Shown: positions 8,581-18,902 of the stretch, piece after piece
How the letters are laid out: every line of letters starts with the position of its first letter
How positions within the stretch are numbered: the stretch's first letter is position 1
Assembly (NCBI GenBank): GCA_023818895.1
Contig: JAMWCX010000003.1
Coordinates: forward strand, 270,001 to 302,000
Length of the DNA stretch: 32,000 nucleotides
Direction: 5' to 3'
From: Candidatus Omnitrophota bacterium
GTDB taxonomy: Bacteria > Omnitrophota > Gorgyraeia > 2-01-FULL-45-10
Translations under genes and position numbers: made by a program
The notes under the pieces: model-generated
The model's input: the letters and a program-made list of their open reading frames with translations, nothing else
Database searches by the model: none
What the model was told of the DNA's origin: nothing

Positions 8581-9750
8581 ATGCGAAAAGTATACCTTGA
8601 TAATAACGCCACCACGAGGATGCGTGAAGAAGTTCTTGAGGCTATGCTACCATATCTAAAGGATATCTACGGAAATGCCTCAAGCGTTCACCAATTCGGC
8701 CGAGCGGCGCGCGCGGCACTTGACAATGCGCGTAACCAGGTCGCCTCATTTCTTGGGGCAGCAAGCCCTGAAGAGATAATATTTACCTCCGGCGGAACAG
8801 AGTCAGACAACCTGGCGATAAAAGGCGTAGCACACGCAATGCGCTCAAAAGGAGATCACCTCATCACAACCGCAATAGAGCACAGCGCTGTTTTAAATAC
8901 TTGCCGGGCGCTCGAGAAAGATGGCTATAAGGTTACATATCTGCCTGTAGACGAATACGGCTTGGTTTCAGTGGATAGCTTGCGTAAGGCTATAGGCCCC
9001 CAAACAGTACTTATTAGCATAATGTATGCCAACAATGAGGTTGGAACGATCGAGCCGATAACCGAACTCGCTGAGGTGGCAAAAGAAAGAGGGGTTTATT
9101 TCCATACGGACGCGGTGCAGGCACTAGGAAAGATATCTTTTGACCTTAGTTCTCTTCCGGTGGACCTTTTGTCGATGTCCGGCCACAAGATTTATGGCCC
9201 GAAGGGCGTGGGAGTTCTTTATATAAGGAAGGGAACACGTATAGATGCCATTGCTCACGGCGGCCATCATGAGATGAATAAAAGGGCCGGTACCGAAAAT
9301 GTGCCTGCCATTGTAGGGCTTGGCAGGGCTTGTGAACTCGCCAAAAAAGAACTGCCAGACGAGTGGCGGAAGTTGATAGCGCTTCGTGACAGGTTATACC
9401 AGGGCATAATGTCAAAGATACCGCACGTTAGTCTGTTCGGACATCCGGAAAAGCGGCTTCCCAATACCCTAAATGTCGGATTCAAATATCTTGAAGGGGA
9501 GTCAATCCTTCTCAATCTCGACATGGAGGGCATAGCGGTCTCCACAGGCTCAGCCTGCACTTCCGGCACCCTTGAGCCTTCGCACGTTCTAACCGCTATG
9601 GGCATAGACCCGGCGGACGCTCAAGGGGCGATACGGTTTTCTCTCGGCAGGGACAATACAGAGGAGGACATTGATTACGTTCTTACGATGCTGCCTCCTA
9701 TAATACAGAGACTAAGGGATATGTCGCCTCTTTACGAGAAAGGAAATTAA
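8581..9750 (+). CDS. iscS: cysteine desulfurase (NifS/IscS type)
   Basis: 389 aa. PLP-lysine motif SGHKIYGPKGVG and catalytic Cys loop STGSACTSG. Confidence 0.93.
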   Translation: MRKVYLDNNATTRMREEVLEAMLPYLKDIYGNASSVHQFGRAARAALDNARNQVASFLGAASPEEIIFTSGGTESDNLAIKGVAHAMRSKGDHLITTAIEHSAVLNTCRALEKDGYKVTYLPVDEYGLVSVDSLRKAIGPQTVLISIMYANNEVGTIEPITELAEVAKERGVYFHTDAVQALGKISFDLSSLPVDLLSMSGHKIYGPKGVGVLYIRKGTRIDAIAHGGHHEMNKRAGTENVPAIVGLGRACELAKKELPDEWRKLIALRDRLYQGIMSKIPHVSLFGHPEKRLPNTLNVGFKYLEGESILLNLDMEGIAVSTGSACTSGTLEPSHVLTAMGIDPADAQGAIRFSLGRDNTEEDIDYVLTMLPPIIQRLRDMSPLYEKGN

Positions 9751-9751
9751 G

Positions 9752-10195
9752 ATGGAAGGCCAGTATTCAGAAAAGGTTATGGAACATTTCAGGAACCCCC
9801 ATAATGTTGGCGAGATACCGGATGCCGACGGCGTAGGAAATGTAGGCAATCCTGTTTGCGGCGACATCATGAGGCTTTATATAAAGGTCGATGAAAACGA
9901 GGTTATAACAGACGCTAAATTCAAGACATTCGGCTGTGGGGCAGCTATAGCCACCTCTAGTATGGTGACCGATCTCGTTAAAGGTAAGACCATAACCGAG
10001 GCACTTAGGATATCCAACCGGGCGGTGGCCGAAGCGCTCGGAGGACTGCCAAAGATAAAGATGCACTGCTCGGTTCTTGCCGAACAGGCTCTTCGTAGCG
10101 CGATTAATGATTATCTTGCCAAACACGGCAAGCCTACAATTAAGGAGCCTCGCTCGATCCATGAGAATTCTGGTGAACCTAATCTGGGGGATTAA
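9752..10195 (+). CDS. iscU: Fe-S cluster scaffold IscU/NifU N-terminal domain
   Basis: Three conserved Cys in NPVCGD, FGCGAAIATSS and HCSVLAEQA. Starts 1 nt after the iscS stop. Confidence 0.93.
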   Translation: MEGQYSEKVMEHFRNPHNVGEIPDADGVGNVGNPVCGDIMRLYIKVDENEVITDAKFKTFGCGAAIATSSMVTDLVKGKTITEALRISNRAVAEALGGLPKIKMHCSVLAEQALRSAINDYLAKHGKPTIKEPRSIHENSGEPNLGD

Positions 10196-10252
10196 GGTAA
10201 GCCCCGTCGGCCCAAAAAGTTCGGCGCGGTAAAATAAAAAAGGTTCCGCAGG

Positions 10253-10801
10253 ATGAAGCACAAGATACGCATCCATATCAAGGAAAAGCATAAATCCTAT
10301 TCCTTGCTTGAAAAAGCAGCCAAAAGTGATATAATAAAAAATAAGCTTTTTAATGAGGAGGAATTTAAAAAGGCAAAGGTTGTGATGTTTTACGTCTCGT
10401 TAAAGGATGAAGTCAACACGATTTCCATGATAGACGAGACTATTAAGATGGGAAAGAAGGTCTGCGTACCGGTGATACTGAAGGAAGATAAGAGGCTTGT
10501 AGCAGGCGAGATCAAAGATAGGGAAAAAGATTTGGAAAGACAGCATTTCGGAATCTACCAGCCCAAAGCTGGACATGTTAGGGAGGTTCCTTTAGACGAT
10601 ATAGATCTGGTTGTGGTGCCCGGCGTAGCCTTCGACAGAAATAATGTCAGGCTGGGCCGCGGTCACGGTTATTACGACCGGTTCCTATGCGGTCTTCCCG
10701 AAAAGACAAAGACCATAGGTCTTGCCTTTGATTTTCAGGTAGTCGAACATCTTCCCAAAGACTCACACGATATTCCCGTCTCCAAAATCATCACAGCTTA
10801 A
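10253..10801 (+). CDS. 5-formyltetrahydrofolate cyclo-ligase (MTHFS)
   Basis: 182 aa. Signature VVPGVAFDRNNVRLGRGHGYYDRFL and the upstream MFYVSLKDEVNT motif. Confidence 0.85.
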   Translation: MKHKIRIHIKEKHKSYSLLEKAAKSDIIKNKLFNEEEFKKAKVVMFYVSLKDEVNTISMIDETIKMGKKVCVPVILKEDKRLVAGEIKDREKDLERQHFGIYQPKAGHVREVPLDDIDLVVVPGVAFDRNNVRLGRGHGYYDRFLCGLPEKTKTIGLAFDFQVVEHLPKDSHDIPVSKIITA

Positions 10802-10907
10802 AATAATCAATATCCAGAAGTCCGTAGCCAATTTAAGCTAAGAAAGCGCCAATTGACTACAGAACATGCGCTATTGACTTCTGATTCTAACCACGGAGGA
10901 TACAAAC

Positions 10908-12479
10908 ATGCATCAGGATACTACAATAATTTACATAGGGCTAGCAGGACTGGCAGCGATCTTCTTCTTCGCTCTCGGGTATTTTATAAGGAAGATTCAC
11001 GCCAAAGGCAAAGTCAAAAACGCCGAAGATAAGGCTAGGAAAATTACAGAAGAAGCCAAGGTTGAAGCGGAAAAGATAAGACATGAGGCAGAGCTGCAGG
11101 CGAAAGACCTTCTGCTTAAATTAAGGACGGAATTTGAGAGGGAAACGAAGGACCGGCGGCAGGAACTTATCGTTCTGGAAAAGAGGCTTATACAGAAAGA
11201 GGAGAATCTGGACAGAAAAGTCGATATACTGGAACGAAAGGACAAGGACATTGAAAGGCGCGAACACTCTCTTTCGGATAAAGAGAAGCTCGTTATCTCT
11301 AAAGAAAAGGAACTTGAGAAACTGCTGCAGGAAGAGAAGGAAAGGCTCCAGAGTATATCCGGAATGACTCGCGATGAGGCTAGGCAGCTTCTGTTGAAAA
11401 AGCTGGAAGACGAGGTTAAGCAAGAGGCCGCGCTTATGATAAAAAGGACTGAGGAGGAAGCCAAGGAAAAGGCCGACAAAGAGGCGCGTAAGATAATAGG
11501 ACTTGCGATACAGCGGTGCGCCGCTGATCATACCGTCGAGACAACCGTAAGCGTGGTAAACCTGCCTAATGACGAGATGAAGGGCAGGATAATCGGCCGC
11601 GAGGGTAGGAATATCAGAGCTCTTGAAATTGCTACTGGCATAGACGTCATCATAGACGATACGCCGGAAGCCGTGATACTTTCCGGATTTGATCCGATAA
11701 AGCGCGAGATAGCTAAAATAGCGCTCGAGCGGCTCCTTGAGGACGGGCGTATTCATCCTGGCAGGATCGAGGAGATAGTCGAGAAGGTTAAGAAGGATAT
11801 GGAGAATACCATCCGTGAAGAGGGTGAAAAGGCCCTTTTCGATACCGGTTTACATGGGCTACACCCCGAGATAATCAAACTCCTCGGCAGGCTTAAATAC
11901 AGGACGAGCTACGGCCAAAACGTGTTGCAGCATTCTGTGGAGGTCGCTCATCTTATGGGTGTTATGGCGAGTGAGCTTAAGCTGGATTTTAATCTCGCCA
12001 AACGTATAGGCCTTCTGCATGATATAGGAAAAGCCGTAAGCCATGAAATGGAAGGCACGCATTCAAAACTGGGGGCAGATCTGGCCAGGAAATACGGAGA
12101 AAGCGAAAATATCTGCCATGCGATAGAGGCACATCATCAGGATATAGAACCCAAGACGCTTTTAGCCGTACTTGTCCAGGCGGCCGACTCTATAAGCGCA
12201 ACGCGGCCAGGCGCAAGGCGCGAAACACTTGAAACCTATGTTAAAAGGCTTGAAAAACTCGAAACGATAGCCGATTCCTTCAAAGGAGTCGCCAAGGCGT
12301 ATGCCATACAGGCGGGCAGAGAGATACGAGTTATGGTGCAGCCGGATAAGGTATCAGATGCTCAAGCTGCCGTACTAGCGCGCGATATTACCAAAAAGAT
12401 AGAAGAAGGCCTTGAGTATCCGGGCCAGATCAAAGTGACAGTGGTAAGAGAGACCAGGGCAGTGGAATATGCTAAATAG
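10908..12479 (+). CDS. rny: ribonuclease Y
   Basis: N-terminal TM anchor, a long charged coiled coil, KH domain ([15 protein letters not shown]), HD domain (LLHDIGK...HH). Confidence 0.95.
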   Translation: MHQDTTIIYIGLAGLAAIFFFALGYFIRKIHAKGKVKNAEDKARKITEEAKVEAEKIRHEAELQAKDLLLKLRTEFERETKDRRQELIVLEKRLIQKEENLDRKVDILERKDKDIERREHSLSDKEKLVISKEKELEKLLQEEKERLQSISGMTRDEARQLLLKKLEDEVKQEAALMIKRTEEEAKEKADKEARKIIGLAIQRCAADHTVETTVSVVNLPNDEMKGRIIGREGRNIRALEIATGIDVIIDDTPEAVILSGFDPIKREIAKIALERLLEDGRIHPGRIEEIVEKVKKDMENTIREEGEKALFDTGLHGLHPEIIKLLGRLKYRTSYGQNVLQHSVEVAHLMGVMASELKLDFNLAKRIGLLHDIGKAVSHEMEGTHSKLGADLARKYGESENICHAIEAHHQDIEPKTLLAVLVQAADSISATRPGARRETLETYVKRLEKLETIADSFKGVAKAYAIQAGREIRVMVQPDKVSDAQAAVLARDITKKIEEGLEYPGQIKVTVVRETRAVEYAK

Positions 12480-12556
12480 TTGGTAGTCAAGAACCAATAG
12501 TTCATAGACAGGTTTATTACTAACCTCCTGGCTGTTAAATAAAACGAGGTGTTTTG

Positions 12557-13342
12557 ATGAAGATCCTATTCATTGGCGATATTGTGGGCGAGCCCGGTAG
12601 GCGAGCTGTCGAGAAACTTTTGCCAAAGATAAAAAAGCGGGAGGGCTTAGAGTTCGTGGTGGCTAACGGCGAAAATGTTGCTGGGGGAAGTGGGGTTACA
12701 CCGGCGCTCGCGGACGAACTTTTTGAGCATGGCGTTGATGTCCTGACCTCAGGAGACCACATCTGGAAGCGTAAAGAGATCGTGGAGAAACTTGATTCTG
12801 ACAGAAGACTCTTAAGGCCGGCTAACTATCCCTCCAGTGTGCCCGGTTTCGGCTCAACAGTGATAGCTTCATCCTCCGGCACGAGCGTAGGGGTTATTAA
12901 TCTGGTTGGCAGGGTCTTTATGCAGCCGGTCGAATGCCCCTTCAGGGTTGCCAGAGAAGAGATCGAAAGGATGAAGACCAAGTCACGTGTGATAATCATT
13001 GATATTCATGCTGAGGCTACAAGCGAGAAGATCGCCCTCGGCTGGTACCTCGACGGGATGGCGAGCGCTGTCATTGGAACGCATACGCACGTCCAGACCG
13101 CCGATGATAAGATACTGCCGGGCGGCACAGCTTTTATTTCGGATGCGGGAATGACAGGACCTTTCGACGGCGTAATAGGCCGCAAGAAAGAACAGATACT
13201 AACGCGTTTTATAACCCAGATGCCGGCGCGTTTCGAAATGGCAGAAGGCGATATACAGATGCACGGAGTTGTCATTGATGTAGATGACAAGACGGGCAGG
13301 GCCGAGTCGGTCAGGCGCATCCAAGAAAAACTTTGCGACTGA
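12557..13342 (+). CDS. ymdB: YmdB-like (TIGR00282 family) metallophosphoesterase
   Basis: MKILFIGDIVGEPGR, VVANGENVAGGSG, GTHTHVQTAD. GAGGTG 5 nt upstream of ATG 12557. Conserved rny-ymdB synteny. Confidence 0.9.
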   Translation: MKILFIGDIVGEPGRRAVEKLLPKIKKREGLEFVVANGENVAGGSGVTPALADELFEHGVDVLTSGDHIWKRKEIVEKLDSDRRLLRPANYPSSVPGFGSTVIASSSGTSVGVINLVGRVFMQPVECPFRVAREEIERMKTKSRVIIIDIHAEATSEKIALGWYLDGMASAVIGTHTHVQTADDKILPGGTAFISDAGMTGPFDGVIGRKKEQILTRFITQMPARFEMAEGDIQMHGVVIDVDDKTGRAESVRRIQEKLCD

Positions 13343-13361
13343 TCTTTTCAGCAGAAATCAG

Positions 13362-14582
13362 ATGAGCGTGAACAATCAAAAAGAAAAACACATATACACT
13401 GTTTCGGAGCTTACCAAATATATACGCGTCATACTCGAAGATTCATTCCCCGCCCTTTGGGTTGAAGGCGAGATATCTAACTACACGCTCCATTCATCCG
13501 GCCATATGTATTTCAGTCTGAAGGACGCAAACTCCGTTATACCTTGCGCGATGTTTAAGCGCGCTAACGAGAAACTCAAATTCAAGCTAAAAGACGGCCT
13601 GAAGGTCATAGCGTTTGGGAAGGTCTCGGTATATGAACCGCGTGGAAGCTATCAGCTCATCGTTGAGGAGATGGAGCCAAAAGGTATAGGCGCGCTGCAG
13701 CTTCAGTTTCAGCAGCTTAAGGAGAAGCTCCAGAAAGAGGGTCTCTTTGAGCAGTCGCACAAAGTGGCGATACCGCACCTGCCAACAAGGATCGGTGTGG
13801 TGACAAGCCCGACGGGGGCGGCGATACAGGATATACTTAATATAGCTCGCAGACGGTTTTCGAACGTCGAGATAATCCTTTACCCTGTAAAAGTACAGGG
13901 TGAAGGAGCAGCCGGCGAGATAGCGACAGCGATACGTGATTTTAACAGATTGAAGAATATAGATGTGATGATAGTGGGCCGAGGGGGAGGCAGCCTGGAG
14001 GACCTATGGGCCTTCAATGAGGAAGTTGTGGCGCGCGCAATATATGATTCGGCGATACCGGTAATAAGCGCGGTGGGGCATGAGATAGATTATACCATTG
14101 CGGATTTCGTCGCGGACATGAGGGCGCCAACCCCATCGGCCGCGGCAGAGCTAGTGATACCGAAAAAAGAGGACCTTCAAAACGCCATCGCTGCTAATGT
14201 AGATAGGCTTAAGAACGCGCTTTTTAGCAAACTCGATATTCTTAGCCACAGGCTCGAAGCCCTAAAGGATAGCTATATCTTTAGGCAGCCGCTCAATATG
14301 GTCATGCAGTATGAACAGATGATAGATGACCTTCGAAAAGATATGGCGATCAGGATAGAGCATCTTTTGAAGATCAGAAGTGAGAATTTTAATCTTCTGG
14401 CCCAAAAGCTTGATGTCTTGAGCCCGCTCGCCATACTAAGTCGTGGCTACAGTATTACCGTAAAGCTGCCAGGCCGATCTATACTTAAGGATGTCCGCTC
14501 AATAGGTGCGGGGGATAGAGTAGAGACGCGGCTTGGCAAGGGAAGGTTTGTAAGCAGAGTAGAGGAGATAGAAAATGGCTGA
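13362..14582 (+). CDS. xseA: exodeoxyribonuclease VII large subunit
   Basis: The listed ORF (13284) overlaps the ymdB end. ATG 13362 gives the usual N-terminal OB-fold (VSELTKYIRVILEDSFPALWVEGEISNY...SGHMYFSLKD). Catalytic region GRGGGSLEDLWAFNEE. Confidence 0.92.
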   Translation: MSVNNQKEKHIYTVSELTKYIRVILEDSFPALWVEGEISNYTLHSSGHMYFSLKDANSVIPCAMFKRANEKLKFKLKDGLKVIAFGKVSVYEPRGSYQLIVEEMEPKGIGALQLQFQQLKEKLQKEGLFEQSHKVAIPHLPTRIGVVTSPTGAAIQDILNIARRRFSNVEIILYPVKVQGEGAAGEIATAIRDFNRLKNIDVMIVGRGGGSLEDLWAFNEEVVARAIYDSAIPVISAVGHEIDYTIADFVADMRAPTPSAAAELVIPKKEDLQNAIAANVDRLKNALFSKLDILSHRLEALKDSYIFRQPLNMVMQYEQMIDDLRKDMAIRIEHLLKIRSENFNLLAQKLDVLSPLAILSRGYSITVKLPGRSILKDVRSIGAGDRVETRLGKGRFVSRVEEIENG

Positions 14583-14874
14583 GATGAAATTCGAGGAAGC
14601 GCTGAAAAAGCTGGAAAAGATCGTATCTGACCTAGAAAGTGGTAATCTTTCGCTTGACGATGCCTTGGAGAAATACGAGGAAGGTATAAGGCTCTCCAGG
14701 GCTTGCTCCAAGAAGCTCGAAACGGCGCGTAAGAAAGTGGAAATACTTCTAAAATCGGACAACGGTTCGTTTGAGCTTAAGGATTTCGACGAGAAGGCCG
14801 TGAGCGAAGAAGAGACAGGCTCAGCCGTTGAGCCCAAGAAGAAGAGGGCAAAGGCAGGAGAAGAGTTGCTCTAA
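14575..14874 (+). CDS. xseB: exodeoxyribonuclease VII small subunit
   Basis: FEEALKKLEKIVSDLESGNLSLDDALEKYEEGIRLSRAC. Start overlaps the xseA stop by 8 nt. Confidence 0.9.
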   Translation: MAEMKFEEALKKLEKIVSDLESGNLSLDDALEKYEEGIRLSRACSKKLETARKKVEILLKSDNGSFELKDFDEKAVSEEETGSAVEPKKKRAKAGEELL

Positions 14875-14908
14875 GGCGCCCCCCTGTATTTTCGACACTC
14901 GCAAAATA

Positions 14909-15730
14909 ATGAATATTAAAAAATATTTCAGCAATTCAATAAGGTTAATTGACAAGGCGCTCGACCGGATTCTCCCTAAAGAGAGCGCTGAGCCGCGCAC
15001 CCTACATAAGGCTATGCGGTACAGCGTCTTTACGGGCGGTAAGCGGATAAGACCTATTATCGTTATAGAATCGGCAAAAGCCTGCGGTAGGAAAAATTCC
15101 AAAGGTGTGCTTGCGGCAGCCTGCGCTATCGAGCTGGTGCATAGCTACTCTCTTATACATGACGATTTACCATGCATGGATAACGATGACTATAGGCGTG
15201 GTAAGCCTACCTGCCATAGGGTGTTTGGAGAGGCGAATGCCGTGCTCGCCGGAGATGCCCTTCTTACGCTGGCATTTAAGGTGATAGCCGAAAGCCTGCC
15301 GGCCGAGTCAGCCGTGGCAGCGATAAGAAAACTTTCCAGCGCTATAGGAAGTTTCGGTATGGTTGGCGGGCAGGCTATGGATATCGCAAAAACCAAATAT
15401 AGATCAGTGGCCCGTGTCTTGAATACAATAAATACTCTCAAAACTGCCAAGTTGTTTGAGGCTTCGGCCGCCATCGGGGCGATATCGGCAGGGGCCGATG
15501 GCAGAAGGCGTCGTGCGCTTGCCTCATATGGTCTTTCTGTCGGGATAGCTTTTCAGATAGCTGACGACATAATAGATGGCGAAGGATATGCGCGGATTGT
15601 CGGCCACGAGAAGGCGCGCCGTGACTGTGAGGCGCTTGTCCTCGAAGCGAAGGCCTCGATAGCGTCTTTAGGGCTAAGCGCCTCGGTTCTAAAGGCAATA
15701 GCGGATTATATAGGGGTAAGGCGGCGATAG
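14909..15730 (+). CDS. ispA: (2E,6E)-farnesyl/geranyl diphosphate synthase (polyprenyl synthetase)
   Basis: The listed ORF (14828) overlaps xseB, so ATG 14909 (MNIKKYF) is preferred. First Asp-rich motif LIHDDLPCMDNDDYRRGKPT, second FQIADDIID. Confidence 0.9.
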   Translation: MNIKKYFSNSIRLIDKALDRILPKESAEPRTLHKAMRYSVFTGGKRIRPIIVIESAKACGRKNSKGVLAAACAIELVHSYSLIHDDLPCMDNDDYRRGKPTCHRVFGEANAVLAGDALLTLAFKVIAESLPAESAVAAIRKLSSAIGSFGMVGGQAMDIAKTKYRSVARVLNTINTLKTAKLFEASAAIGAISAGADGRRRRALASYGLSVGIAFQIADDIIDGEGYARIVGHEKARRDCEALVLEAKASIASLGLSASVLKAIADYIGVRRR

Positions 15731-15756
15731 GCATTGTATACCAGTTGGCGGCAAAA

Positions 15757-17622
15757 ATGGAAAGACTGCTAAACAGAGTAAAAAGCCCGGCCGATTTAAA
15801 GAAATTAAATCCGGATGAATTGCACAAACTGGCCGACGAGATACGCGAGGAGATCCTGCGCACCGTATCTAAAAACGGTGGTCATCTCGCCTCCAGTCTT
15901 GGCGCTGTGGAGCTCACGATTGCCATTCATTATATATTTGACACTCCGAAAGACAAAATAGTTTGGGATGTCGGACACCAGACATACGCACATAAGATAC
16001 TGACAGGCCGTCTAGAGAAATTCCCGACGCTGAGACAGTTTGGCGGATTGAGTGGTTTTCCAAATAGAGACGAAAGCCCTCATTACGACCTCTTTACCTG
16101 CGGTCATAGTTCCACCTCCATTTCGACCGCCCTTGGGTTAGTGACTGCGCGCGACCTTTCCCAGTCATCGGAAAAGGTGATCGCGGTGATAGGTGACGCT
16201 TCTTTAGGCGGCGGGATGGCTTTTGAAGCCCTGAACCACGCCGGTCACGCCGGTAAAGACTTGATCGTAATACTTAACGATAACGAACTTTCCATATCGC
16301 ATAGCGTGGGGGCGCTGAGCGGTTACCTGAATAGAATCATAACGGCGCCGGCTTATAATAAGATAAGAAAAGATGTGGAAAAACTTGTCAAGCGCATACC
16401 CCGTTTTGGCTTCCGGGCCTACAGGGCTGCAAGAAAACTTGAAGAGGGGCTGAAAAACCTTCTGATACCAGGCATGTTATTCGAGGAGATGGGATTCAGA
16501 TATTTCGGCCCTATAGATGGCCACAATATTTCGAAACTTATCTGGGCATTTAAAAATCTTAAAGATCTGCATGAGCCCATACTTATCCACGTTATAACGA
16601 AAAAAGGAAAAGGTTATAGATTCGCGGAGAATGACCCAGCTTCATTCCATGGGACAGGGCCGTTTGATCTCAGCACCGGAGAGAAAAAAGTTATAAAAGA
16701 AAGACAGACTTTTACAGACGCATTTGGCGAAAAGATCTGTGAACTTGCAGCGAGCGACACGAAAATAGTAGCCATAACCGCGGCTATGATAGATGGAACG
16801 GGTCTTAATAAATTTGCGTCTATCTATCCAGAGCGTTTTTTTGACGTCGGTATAGCCGAAGAGCATGCGGTTGGTTTTAGCGCCGGTCTTGCGAGAGGTG
16901 GGTTCAGACCCATTGTTGCCATATATTCGACTTTCCTACAGAGAGGATACGACCAGATATTGCACGACGTAAGCCTGCAGGGCCTTCCTGTCGTCTTTTG
17001 TCTTGACAGGGCCGGCCTTGTCGGCGAGGATGGACCGACGCACCACGGCGTTTTCGATATCGCGTATCTGCGCCATATACCCAACATGGTCGTTATGGCG
17101 CCCGCTTCGCCGGACGAACTTAAAGCGATGCTGGAGCTCGCAGTCGGTCTTGATGTGCCCGCGGCGATACGATACCCGAAGGGATCGACAAGTTTCGGAA
17201 AGGCCCCTTCACCTTTAGCGCTTGGAAAAGCCGAGCTTTTTAAAAAAGGCGAGGGTGTGGCGATAATATCGGTCGGCAGCATGGCTGAGACGGCTATGAG
17301 GGCGGCGGCCGCTCTCGAAAGTAGAAAGATAAACGCCATGGTGATAAACGCGCGCTTTATAAAACCTCTTGACGAAGAGTTTTTTGAGCGTATTTTCGAA
17401 GATATAAAGAATATTGTAACCCTCGAGGATGGTGTCATAGAAGGAGGATTTGGATCTGCGGTACTCGAATTCATCGAAAGGCGCCGCATAAGAGGTGTGA
17501 GAGTTAAAATACTGGGCCTTCCCAATAAATTTATAGAACATGGAAGCCGGCAGGAGCTGTTTTCAAAGTATAACTTGACACCCGACGCTGTTTGCGATGT
17601 AATTGTTAAAGAGGTTTCATGA
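15757..17622 (+). CDS. dxs: 1-deoxy-D-xylulose-5-phosphate synthase
   Basis: The listed ORF uses TTG 15745; ATG 15757 is equally possible. GGHLASSLGAVELTIAIHYIFDTPKDKIVWDVGHQTYAHKILTGR and the TPP motif GDASLGGGMAFEALNHAG...LNDNELSI. Confidence 0.95.
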   Translation: MERLLNRVKSPADLKKLNPDELHKLADEIREEILRTVSKNGGHLASSLGAVELTIAIHYIFDTPKDKIVWDVGHQTYAHKILTGRLEKFPTLRQFGGLSGFPNRDESPHYDLFTCGHSSTSISTALGLVTARDLSQSSEKVIAVIGDASLGGGMAFEALNHAGHAGKDLIVILNDNELSISHSVGALSGYLNRIITAPAYNKIRKDVEKLVKRIPRFGFRAYRAARKLEEGLKNLLIPGMLFEEMGFRYFGPIDGHNISKLIWAFKNLKDLHEPILIHVITKKGKGYRFAENDPASFHGTGPFDLSTGEKKVIKERQTFTDAFGEKICELAASDTKIVAITAAMIDGTGLNKFASIYPERFFDVGIAEEHAVGFSAGLARGGFRPIVAIYSTFLQRGYDQILHDVSLQGLPVVFCLDRAGLVGEDGPTHHGVFDIAYLRHIPNMVVMAPASPDELKAMLELAVGLDVPAAIRYPKGSTSFGKAPSPLALGKAELFKKGEGVAIISVGSMAETAMRAAAALESRKINAMVINARFIKPLDEEFFERIFEDIKNIVTLEDGVIEGGFGSAVLEFIERRRIRGVRVKILGLPNKFIEHGSRQELFSKYNLTPDAVCDVIVKEVS

Positions 17623-17628
17623 TAGCAT

Positions 17629-17829
17629 ATGGCGAAGATAAGGATAGATAAACAGCGTTGCAAGGGGTGCTACCTTTGCGTCGTCAATTGCCCTAACAAC
17701 CTGATAAAGATAGCCAAAGATCTTAATTCCAAGGGCGTTAAAAGCGTCTATTTTTCCGGAGGCAAGTGTACCGGTTGCGCCATGTGCGCACTTGTATGTC
17801 CGGAGTGCATTATAGAGGTATATAGGTAA
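17629..17829 (+). CDS. korD: 2-oxoacid:ferredoxin oxidoreductase delta subunit (2x[4Fe-4S] ferredoxin)
   Basis: 66 aa with two cluster motifs, CKGCYLCVVNCP and CTGCAMCALVCP. Confidence 0.88.
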   Translation: MAKIRIDKQRCKGCYLCVVNCPNNLIKIAKDLNSKGVKSVYFSGGKCTGCAMCALVCPECIIEVYR

Positions 17830-17837
17830 GAAGCAAT

Positions 17838-18890
17838 ATGAGCAAAAAAGAGATACTGATGTGCGGAAACGAGGCCTGCGGCGAAGGGGCGATCCTGGCC
17901 GGATGCAGATTTTATGCCGGTTATCCTATAACTCCGCAGAACGAGCTTACTGCGTACATGGCCAGACGGATGAACGAGACCGGCGGTGTCTTCATACAGG
18001 CGGAATCCGAGATAGCTGCCATCAATATGGTCTTTGGCGCTGCGGTAGCGGGAGCGCGGGCTATGACATCATCCTCCAGCCCAGGCGTGAGCCTAAAACA
18101 GGAAGGAATATCATATCTTGCCGCGTGCGAGCTTCCATGCGTGATTGTAAATATTCAGAGGGGCGGTCCTGGCCTGGGCAACATCGCCCCGGCCCAGGGA
18201 GATTATTTTCAGGCGGTGAAAGGCGGCGGTCATGGCGACTACAAGATGATAGTTTTAGCCCCCAATTCGGTGCAGGAGCTTCTTGAGCACACATTCCTTG
18301 CCTTTGATCTCGCGGACAAATACCGAAACCCCGCTTTCATACTTGGCGACGGCCTTCTCGGGCAGATGATGGAACCATTACAGATACCATCCAGGCTTGA
18401 ATCGAAAACCTATGATAAGAGGTGGGCGCTTACAGGCTGTTCCGGCCGCAAACCAAATATCATAAGATCACTCCTTTTAAGCGAAGGGGCGCTTGAAGAG
18501 CATAATAAAAGACTTCAGGCAAAATTCAGTGCTATAAAAGAGGCGGAGGTTCGCTATGAGGCGCTGAATGTAAAGGATAGCGATCTTATACTTGTCGCTT
18601 ACGGCTCCGTGGCAAGGATGGCCAGGGCAGCTATGAGCGAGGCCAGGGCAAAAGGGATGAAAGTCGGATTAATAAGACCGATCACACTATGGCCGTTCCC
18701 GGAAAAAATATTAAAGGAAACGTGCGCCCGCGCGAAAAAGTTCCTTGTGGTGGAAATGAGCGCAGGCCAGATGGTCGAAGATGTAAAGCTTGCCGTCGGT
18801 GATAAGGCTGAGGTAAACTTCTTGGGTAGAATGGGCGGTGGAATACCGAGCGAAGAAGAGATATTACAGCACATAGAGGCGATTATTTAG
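17838..18890 (+). CDS. korA: 2-oxoacid (probably 2-oxoglutarate):ferredoxin oxidoreductase alpha subunit
   Basis: NEACGEGAILAGCRFYAGYPITPQNE N-terminal signature. Delta-alpha-beta-gamma gene order as in OorDABC/KorDABG enzymes. Substrate assignment is an inference. Confidence 0.88.
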   Translation: MSKKEILMCGNEACGEGAILAGCRFYAGYPITPQNELTAYMARRMNETGGVFIQAESEIAAINMVFGAAVAGARAMTSSSSPGVSLKQEGISYLAACELPCVIVNIQRGGPGLGNIAPAQGDYFQAVKGGGHGDYKMIVLAPNSVQELLEHTFLAFDLADKYRNPAFILGDGLLGQMMEPLQIPSRLESKTYDKRWALTGCSGRKPNIIRSLLLSEGALEEHNKRLQAKFSAIKEAEVRYEALNVKDSDLILVAYGSVARMARAAMSEARAKGMKVGLIRPITLWPFPEKILKETCARAKKFLVVEMSAGQMVEDVKLAVGDKAEVNFLGRMGGGIPSEEEILQHIEAII

Positions 18891-18902
18891 TCGATAATAC
18901 AA

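Noticed and set aside
10196-10252. 6S RNA (ssrS) upstream of the 5-formyl-THF cyclo-ligase gene, as in the conserved ssrS-ygfA arrangement
   Set aside because: The spacer is only 57 nt, and the downstream spacer is 106 nt. That is too short for a 6S RNA of about 180 nt, and no long imperfect hairpin is visible.
13284-13361. N-terminal extensions offered by the ORF track (xseA 13284, ispA 14828, gltX 20258, Rrf2 8114, groEL 27882, hsp20 25459, TM-hsp20 26402, ymdB 12554, dxs 15745)
   Set aside because: The extensions overlap the preceding gene or lack an RBS. Internal ATGs reproduce the canonical family N-termini and sit behind better SD sequences.
17861-18286. 141-aa alternative-frame plus ORF inside korA, and the 30611..30850 plus ORF inside the coiled-coil gene
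   Set aside because: Arg/Gly/Pro-rich out-of-frame translations of well-supported genes, with no independent signals.
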